DNA from: a virus | Lineage: Duplodnaviria > Caudoviricetes | DNA length: 64,000 nucleotides | IMG/VR virus record: IMGVR_UViG_3300028797_002668 | Location: 32,001-96,000 of that record | Direction: 5' to 3' (one strand) | Part shown: piece by piece, positions 57,890 through 64,000 of the stretch | Layout: every line of letters begins with the position of its first letter | Numbering within the stretch: position 1 is the first letter of the stretch | Translations under genes and position numbers: made by a program | Notes under the pieces: model-generated | The model's database searches: none | What the model was told of the DNA's origin: nothing | The model's input: the letters and a program-made list of their open reading frames with translations, nothing else

Positions 57890-59446
57890 TTAACCTAGAT
57901 CGAATAGTTGTTCGCGTTCCTTGGTAGAGATGAAGTATCCAGTAGCCTTGTTCGGACCGGCGACCGATTTCACCAAGTACATTCCATTGAGAAGCGGCTT
58001 AGGCGTAACCTTGAGAAGTTCCTTCGGTTCATCTCGCGGTGTAAGGATATAGTAGGGCAGTATACCGTCGTTCATCTTCACATAGGTATACAGTATAGCC
58101 GCCTTGAACGACATGTTGGATTTTTTCGCCTCTTCGACCGCTTCCGGACCGATGGCGTTGCAGATGTCATCCAAGTTTTCCTTAGACATGTAGCGAGTAT
58201 ACTTTTCCATGCCTTGTGGCGACGAGGGTTTATTTATCTGGTAGAACTGTGTCAAGTATGGAATCGGAATTTCGATTTCCGGACCGTCCATAAAATAGTT
58301 CTTGTCTTGGGTTTCGCCACGGAATTTATCGAGTAAGCCTTCGGTCAGTGTCTGTTCGTCGATGGGATTTACTGATTCAGTAATCTGTGTGGAACGTGTG
58401 TTTATTGGGTTGACAAAGACCGTGTTGTTTCCACCATCTAGACTGTTTTGTGCACCGTTGAATAATGCTTCTATATTTTCTCCGCCAGTTATTTTTAACG
58501 GTTTATGTACGATTGGAATGCACTTGGCACGACCGCAGTTCCGAACGCGCTGTATGATGCTTTTCCATCCACCGAACATAGTACGATTTCCAAGTGCCTT
58601 AGCGATTGGTGTATTCTTTATTTCTTTAACAAACTCTTTGACAAGCGTTTTTAAATAACCAATGTCGTCTGCTGGTTTTAACAATTCCTTCACTGTACCG
58701 CTAGCGAAGTTAATCATAGGAAATCCAAACCGATTAGACGTACAGAATTCACCCAGAACTGATGGCGGTTGGTTAAATCCTTTTGGAATTTTTATAACCG
58801 GAATTTCTTTTGGCATTACCGTATTGGTTTCTTGATTAATGTTTGCCGTGTTTGCCGTACGGAACGGCAATGTAATCTTGTCTTTTTGATTACCGTTGTA
58901 GTAGTTGGTTAAAGCGCCTACTAGTTTAGTGTCGATGGTTACGTTTTCGTCACCAAACGTTTTTAACTTCTCAGCAATTTGCTTTACATGCTTATTCAAA
59001 AACTTGATAAGCTTTTGGCCATCTTCGGGATTAGACTTGTAACGTCGTTTGATACCGTCGGCAACTTTAGGAAACTGTAGTTCGAATGCACCGATTTCTG
59101 GAGCTTGTTGTTCGGTAGATGAAGGTTTGCCAGATGGTTCGCCAGACGGTTTGTCAGACTGTTCGCTAGATGGTTTGCTGGATGGTTTGTCAGACGGTTC
59201 ACCAGACGGTTCAGATTGAGTTGAAGTTTGTTGCTTTGAATCATTTTGATCGTCTGACGGATTGATAATATTTCCGTTACCGTCACGTAAGGATTCGGTC
59301 AGAACCTTGGTATTAGGAACTGATTCGATACCGCCTTCAATTGCGTCGATGATAGACCGCATTCCTTCTACGCTGACAGCGTCGATTTCCGGTTCATTGT
59401 CATCAAAATCGTCATTGAGGTCGGTATTGAACATATACTCCAACAT
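57890..59446 (-). CDS. Hypothetical late protein, paralogue of 59524..61413
   Basis: Shared C-terminal domain; LTES/ITES/LTEG motifs; EPS/KPS repeats. Confidence 0.75.
   Translation of the reverse strand: MLEYMFNTDLNDDFDDNEPEIDAVSVEGMRSIIDAIEGGIESVPNTKVLTESLRDGNGNIINPSDDQNDSKQQTSTQSEPSGEPSDKPSSKPSSEQSDKPSGEPSGKPSSTEQQAPEIGAFELQFPKVADGIKRRYKSNPEDGQKLIKFLNKHVKQIAEKLKTFGDENVTIDTKLVGALTNYYNGNQKDKITLPFRTANTANINQETNTVMPKEIPVIKIPKGFNQPPSVLGEFCTSNRFGFPMINFASGTVKELLKPADDIGYLKTLVKEFVKEIKNTPIAKALGNRTMFGGWKSIIQRVRNCGRAKCIPIVHKPLKITGGENIEALFNGAQNSLDGGNNTVFVNPINTRSTQITESVNPIDEQTLTEGLLDKFRGETQDKNYFMDGPEIEIPIPYLTQFYQINKPSSPQGMEKYTRYMSKENLDDICNAIGPEAVEEAKKSNMSFKAAILYTYVKMNDGILPYYILTPRDEPKELLKVTPKPLLNGMYLVKSVAGPNKATGYFISTKEREQLFDLG
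59118..59215 (-). repeat. Coding 12-bp tandem repeat
   Basis: SEPSGEPSDKPSSKPSSEQSDKPSGEPSGKPSS. Confidence 0.7.
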
Positions 59447-59470
59447 ATGAAAGCCTACTACTTTTACTGC

Positions 59471-59478
59471 AGTTTATA
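59471..59478 (-). promoter_or_regulatory. Late promoter TATAAACT
   Basis: agtttata upstream of 59446. Confidence 0.7.
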
Positions 59479-59496
59479 TAGTTATTGCTAATTGAA

Positions 59497-59519
59497 AAGC
59501 CTTGCTCGTCGCAAGGCTT
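59497..59519 (-). terminator. Intrinsic terminator
   Basis: aagccttgc-tcgtc-gcaaggctt. Confidence 0.7.
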
Positions 59520-59523
59520 GATT

Positions 59524-61413
59524 TTAGTTGATGTCGGAGTAGAGGCTTTTTGCCGACTTCTTGTCTATCAAGAAGCAACCTCTCTTACCTTTGAAGATTG
59601 TCTTGAGCATAATGCAACGAGTTCCGCCGAACAGTGCCGAGAACAAAGAACCCGGAGAAACGTCAGTACGACTGAACTTAGCCTGTTTGGGGATGAGGAG
59701 ATAGAACGGACTACGTCCTCCGTTATCGAGAATTTCTTCATAAAATTCTTGCATGGACAATCCATCGGTAAACTTTGCATAAGTTTTGAACGCTTTTGTA
59801 TAGTCAAGCACGTCGTAGAAGTTTTCCAAGAATTCCCTTGGGACGTCAACGCTAGGCTGATATGCTGGGTCTACGCTGAAATACATGATAGGCGTTACGG
59901 TTACCGTATCGGCGTTTTCATCCAAGATGTCAGCATCAACCTTCAGAAAGTTCGGTACACAGCGGGTACCTGGGTCGTTGGCGAATTTCTTGAATAGTTC
60001 GAGCGGAGCACCGTAGATAGCTTTCCAGATTCCACCGTAGCGTTTCTTGGCTTCCTTAAGCATCTTTTTGATGTGCTTGAAGGTACGCTTCTTGTCATCT
60101 AAGTCCTTTGTCTTGAACAAGTGCTGGATAGCCTCGCTGCTGAAGTTTAGGAACGGGTATCCGAAGTCTGTTATAACTGGGGTGTTCCAAATCGCAGTGC
60201 TTACCGAATGTCTAAACCCTTCGGGAAGTCTGAAATGAATAGGAGTACGCCGTGTATTTACAGCTTGAGGGGGATTGTCGTTGTTTTGCTTCAGTTCGGA
60301 CGGAATAGGATTTGCTTCGGGTGTTACCGTGGGATCTGGTTCTGGTTCTGGATTAGTATCCGGAATATCCACTGGTTCTATAACATGTTTAACGGGTTCT
60401 ATAGCCGGAGATTTGATTGGTTCAGTGTTGAATACGTTATCCGAATTTACTAGCTCGGAATCTGGTACTAACGAGTCGTCTACTTTAGTTTGGGTTACAA
60501 CATTGTTAACATTGTTTTTAGGTTCGTTAACAATGTTTGTAGGTTCGACTTTGCTGTCTGGTTCTTGTGGCGTATCAACCGGATTGTCAATATCAGTCTT
60601 TGGGGTAACATCGTTCGAGTTACCATCCGTATTTACCGGACTGGTTGTTTTCGGGACATCTTCATTTGTAACGGTGTCTTGATTGACTTCAGAACTTGGA
60701 CTAGGTACGGGTTCTTTCAAATTGTCAGCTTGGATGGTCGGTACTTGCGTTTTTTCCTCGGCCGGTGTTTCTGTTTTTTGAACCGTAGCCGTTTGTTCTG
60801 GCGGTACCGTTTCACTGGAATCGGGTTGTTGTTCCGCTGGTATATTGTTGTTATGTTTAGCTTGGTTATCTAATTCATCGCTCCCAAGATTTTGAGCGGT
60901 AATCGTACCTTTAATCGAGTTTAAATGTTGGATAAATACGATTAACGAATCTTTAGTAACCCACGGTTCAATCTGGTAATTATCTAAAATTTCCGAAAAC
61001 GTAGAAAAATCGACGGATTTAGAATTTGAAATTTTAGATTGAAACGCCAAGTACAATTTTCGAACTACTTCCAAATCTACATCATGTACTGATGAATATG
61101 CACAAAGGTAAGATATAGTTGCTGTTATTGCGATAAGTTCTTCGGTATTCGTTAACCAATCCTGCGTATTTTTTTTATTAGATTTTGAGCTGGTAATCAA
61201 GTCAGCAATACTATTTAAAACGCTGGATTTGATATCAGCTTTGGCTCTTTCTGTACTTTTATCGGTTGACGAAACTGAATCGATACAAGCATCTACAGCT
61301 TTATTGATACCATCACGGATGGCAGCTTCTAATCCGACCTTCGGTTCGGATGACAATGCGTTTTTGATATTATTTAGGTATTTTTCCTTTTCCGCCGCTG
61401 TAATACTTGCCAT
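59524..61413 (-). CDS. Hypothetical late protein with P/E/T/N-rich linker, paralogue of 57890..59446
   Basis: FGYPFLNFSS versus FGFPMINFAS, among other shared blocks. Confidence 0.75.
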   Translation of the reverse strand: MASITAAEKEKYLNNIKNALSSEPKVGLEAAIRDGINKAVDACIDSVSSTDKSTERAKADIKSSVLNSIADLITSSKSNKKNTQDWLTNTEELIAITATISYLCAYSSVHDVDLEVVRKLYLAFQSKISNSKSVDFSTFSEILDNYQIEPWVTKDSLIVFIQHLNSIKGTITAQNLGSDELDNQAKHNNNIPAEQQPDSSETVPPEQTATVQKTETPAEEKTQVPTIQADNLKEPVPSPSSEVNQDTVTNEDVPKTTSPVNTDGNSNDVTPKTDIDNPVDTPQEPDSKVEPTNIVNEPKNNVNNVVTQTKVDDSLVPDSELVNSDNVFNTEPIKSPAIEPVKHVIEPVDIPDTNPEPEPDPTVTPEANPIPSELKQNNDNPPQAVNTRRTPIHFRLPEGFRHSVSTAIWNTPVITDFGYPFLNFSSEAIQHLFKTKDLDDKKRTFKHIKKMLKEAKKRYGGIWKAIYGAPLELFKKFANDPGTRCVPNFLKVDADILDENADTVTVTPIMYFSVDPAYQPSVDVPREFLENFYDVLDYTKAFKTYAKFTDGLSMQEFYEEILDNGGRSPFYLLIPKQAKFSRTDVSPGSLFSALFGGTRCIMLKTIFKGKRGCFLIDKKSAKSLYSDIN

Positions 61414-61441
61414 AACGTACCTAACTTTTTACCTGTACGTC

Positions 61442-61449
61442 AGTTTATA
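61442..61449 (-). promoter_or_regulatory. Late promoter TATAAACT spanning the IS left junction
   Basis: agtttat|a. Confidence 0.65.
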
Positions 61450-62958
61450 ACATAGCGGCGAGAAAACTCACCCATCTTCAGTGGGTGAGATGAAAGCCGC
61501 TTGACAAATGGGCGGTCGCAAGCTCACGCCCTTCAGGGCGTGGGTAAGACCCGCCGGGTGCAAATGTAAGAAATAAATAACAATTCAAGGCTATTAAAAT
61601 AGATATAGTTATTGAGTAAAACTTCTAAACTATAAGTATAGTCAAGAAACTTGATATGGAACTGATAAGAAGCGAAGATACGAAGGCGAGGATTAAGGCG
61701 AGCATGGCTGAGACGCATGCCCGTCGTAAGACGCAGATATGCCGTGTCTTCGAGCTTAAGGTGTCCATACGGCACAATCCCAAATCGGTGTTCGAGAAGT
61801 TATCCAACTGCTTCAAGGAGGCAAAGTGGGTAATCAACGACATGCTGTCGTTGTCCAAGGACAATCCCGACAACAGCATGTTCGATTACAAGTACACCGA
61901 GCATAAGGACGTTGTTCACTACGACAAGGACAAGAACCCAGTAACTTCGCCAATCACCTTGCCGTCTGTTCTCCACAGGGCTACTGTAGCCCAGAAGAAG
62001 ACCGACATTGTCAACCTTGCCAAGGCCAAGAAGAAGGGTATAAAGGTCGGTGCGCTGAAGTTCAAAAGCGAAGTGAACTGCATTCCCATCATTACGGGTT
62101 TCACGAAGATTTTGGATGCAAGCCATATCACCATTCCTGGTTTCAGGAAATTGAAAGTGAACGGCTTGCATCAGATAGAGTTTGAGGAATACGAGATAGC
62201 GGACGCCAAGCTAATTCGCAAGGCGTCCGGCTACTATGTAAAGCTCACCATTATGTTGCCGAAGGAACCGAGAAACCGCACCCGCAAGAGTGTCGGCCTG
62301 GACTTCGGCATCAAGAACACGATAACGACATCGGACAACAAGACCTACGATTGCAAAGTGCAAGAAACCGAGTACCTGAAGTACCTATCAAAGATGTTGA
62401 ATAGGCACAAGAAAGAGAAGGACTCCAAGCGGCGATGGAACTGTAGGAAGCAGCTTGCCCGTGAGCATGAACATGTCGCGAATATCCGCAAGGACATCTG
62501 CAACAAAATATACCACGACCTTGTGTCCAACTACGATGTCATCTACATACAAGACGAGCAAATCAAGAACTGGCACCAGACGTGGTTCGGCAAGCAAGTG
62601 CAGCATTCTTGCATGGGTGCCCTTAAACAGCGCATTAAGATGCTGGTTAAGGCAGACCGTGCATTCGTGCTGTCCAAGTGGCTGCCGACAACCAAGATGT
62701 GTCCGGTCTGCGGTGCCGTCAATCAGATAGGTTTGGATGAACGCACATATCACTGCGATTGCGGTTATACCAAGCCGAGGGATTGGCATTCCGCCTGTAA
62801 TGTACTCTTGTTTGGCACGACTAAACGTGCTGAGTGCGTGGAACACGCCTCCGCTGAGGTAGCCGCCTCTATGCCTCCCGGTTCTACTGGGTTAGCACAA
62901 GCGGCTCCGTCGAAGCGAAAACTCGAAGCTCACCGCCTTTAGGCGGTGGGTAGTTCAC
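61449..62958 (+). mobile_element. Non-autonomous IS200/IS605-family element (tnpB only) with two stacked left ends
   Basis: Subterminal hairpins at 61467-61489, 61523-61544 and 62931-62948; right end ...ggtagtTCAC; no tnpA in the window. Confidence 0.85.
61656..62942 (+). CDS. tnpB: TnpB-family RNA-guided endonuclease
   Basis: RuvC-I VGLDFGIK, RuvC-II region IYIQDE, Zn finger CPVCG...CDCG, RuvC-III RDWHSACN. Confidence 0.9.
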   Translation: MELIRSEDTKARIKASMAETHARRKTQICRVFELKVSIRHNPKSVFEKLSNCFKEAKWVINDMLSLSKDNPDNSMFDYKYTEHKDVVHYDKDKNPVTSPITLPSVLHRATVAQKKTDIVNLAKAKKKGIKVGALKFKSEVNCIPIITGFTKILDASHITIPGFRKLKVNGLHQIEFEEYEIADAKLIRKASGYYVKLTIMLPKEPRNRTRKSVGLDFGIKNTITTSDNKTYDCKVQETEYLKYLSKMLNRHKKEKDSKRRWNCRKQLAREHEHVANIRKDICNKIYHDLVSNYDVIYIQDEQIKNWHQTWFGKQVQHSCMGALKQRIKMLVKADRAFVLSKWLPTTKMCPVCGAVNQIGLDERTYHCDCGYTKPRDWHSACNVLLFGTTKRAECVEHASAEVAASMPPGSTGLAQAAPSKRKLEAHRL

Positions 62959-62978
62959 TGAAAAGCTTATAAACTACG
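62800..62978 (+). ncRNA. Predicted omega/reRNA of TnpB (5' boundary uncertain); guide about 62959-62978, tgaaaagcttataaactacg
   Basis: Established architecture: the scaffold overlaps the tnpB 3' end and right end, and the guide is the flank beyond the right end. Confidence 0.5.
62968..62975 (+). promoter_or_regulatory. Late promoter TATAAACT
   Basis: tataaact 27 nt upstream of ATG 63002. Confidence 0.7.
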
Positions 62979-63001
62979 GTTAAGAATTTTGTGGTAGCAT
63001 T

Positions 63002-64000
63002 ATGATGTCTCGTAATCTAATTGAAAGCGTCGATCCAGGTACAGTTAATGCCTATGCTAAGCAAGCGTATCAGACTATAGACGATTTCCTCGGAAGCGGT
63101 AAATCTTTAGATGTAAAACGTCCGTTTGCGTATGGCATGATTAGCGCAAACCCGATTGCTGTATCGATTTTAGACGATATTAGAAAAAGAGTCAATACAA
63201 TGACGCCGACTAACGAGCAACAGAATACGGACAACGGCATTGATAATAGTCCGTACAGCTCTGGTATTCGTTATACGGCGGAAAATAAAGCCTATTATGT
63301 TCGAGGCTGTATTTATTTGGTTTCTACCGTTATCCCAAGCTTGGCTAAATATCTGTTTGATAGAGTTCAAGCGTTTAATGATAAGTCGGTTCCGAACGAA
63401 GCCGTTAACTATGCTTATCTAGTTTTTAAGAATAACTATTTGAACGCATCTGGTAGACAGTCAAATAATCCGATGGCTGTCGCATCTCAAAAATTTAGTA
63501 TTGCGTTTATTAGTGCGGCTGAACTCGGTACAAAATCACGTCCTAATACGGCTGTTGAAGATGATACCTCGGCGTCAAGTGCACTTTTTAACAAATTCGA
63601 CAATATCGTATATAGACTTAATTCTGCCGCTGATTTTATTAATGCGGTGTTGATGGCAACTGTAGGAACTGACAAGGCGACCGAGCAACAAGTAAATTTA
63701 GCGGCAAACTTGTTGCTTGCTCGTTATATCGCTGAAGATAATGCCATAAAAAATTCCGGAATTCCGGAAATGGGACGGTTCCTTAATAATTTCGCCGAGC
63801 GCACTAAAAGTAGTTTGTCTAAGACAAAGAATGTAGCTCGGATAGATGATAATGACACTAGCGATAGCATTAATCAGTCTAATGATGATAATACATCCGA
63901 AAATATAGTACCTAAAAACATTGACATTCCAGAAGATAAAGCTAACCAGCATACTGTTATTTCTGGCCAAACTCGATTCTTCGCGAACTCTTATATCAAA
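63002..64000 (+). CDS. Hypothetical late protein, truncated by window end (MMSRNLIESVDPG...)
   Basis: Open as far as I translated it by hand (about 145 codons); late promoter; absent from the ORF track, consistent with running off the edge. Confidence 0.75.
   Translation, partial: MMSRNLIESVDPGTVNAYAKQAYQTIDDFLGSGKSLDVKRPFAYGMISANPIAVSILDDIRKRVNTMTPTNEQQNTDNGIDNSPYSSGIRYTAENKAYYVRGCIYLVSTVIPSLAKYLFDRVQAFNDKSVPNEAVNYAYLVFKNNYLNASGRQSNNPMAVASQKFSIAFISAAELGTKSRPNTAVEDDTSASSALFNKFDNIVYRLNSAADFINAVLMATVGTDKATEQQVNLAANLLLARYIAEDNAIKNSGIPEMGRFLNNFAERTKSSLSKTKNVARIDDNDTSDSINQSNDDNTSENIVPKNIDIPEDKANQHTVISGQTRFFANSYIK

Noticed and set aside
1-64000. Stop-codon reassignment, as seen in some large gut phages
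   Set aside because: Core genes are full length in the standard code, and TAA, TAG and TGA all end genes that tile tightly
1-64000. tRNA/rRNA genes, introns, inteins, integrase, tnpA
   Set aside because: None recognised by eye in intergenic gaps or core genes; a covariance-model scan was not possible
1-64000. Assigning a host taxon or a formal phage family
   Set aside because: No diagnostic evidence in the window beyond T4-like core genes and the implied need for host sigma70 and sigma54

Overview
This 64 kb window is part of a large lytic T4-related (Pantevenvirales-like) myophage genome. It uses the standard genetic code and genes lie mostly on the minus strand. All family calls come from motif recognition by eye; no searches were run. 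Recognisable T4 core homologues: baseplate wedges gp6 and gp7-like, neck gp13/gp14, tail terminator gp15, late sigma factor gp55, scaffold gp22, protease gp21, major capsid gp23, portal gp20, gp46 (Rad50/SbcC-like), RNase H and UvsW. Their order is shuffled relative to T4. Accessory genes include three glycosyltransferases, two GNATs, an AAA ATPase, Dps-like and Hsp20 proteins, peptidoglycan-hydrolase-domain proteins and a non-autonomous IS200/IS605 tnpB element. Three promoter classes can be read directly: a late motif TATAAACT (about 18 intergenic copies including variants; T4 uses TATAAATA), sigma70-type TTG-N17-TAnnnT promoters, and a consensus sigma54 promoter on hsp20. The strongest candidates for new biology are: (1) a compact Pol-A/T7-RNAP-superfamily polymerase preceded by two perfect 25-bp repeats that each lead into hairpin-rich non-coding sequence; (2) a conserved 38-aa N-terminal leader, ending in a candidate prohead-protease site, fused to unrelated cargo proteins (possible capsid-targeting system); (3) a tnpB element with two stacked left ends of different target specificity, inserted in a late promoter and carrying an atypical RuvC-II; (4) a late tail-fibre/glycosyltransferase operon. 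The host cannot be determined from this window.
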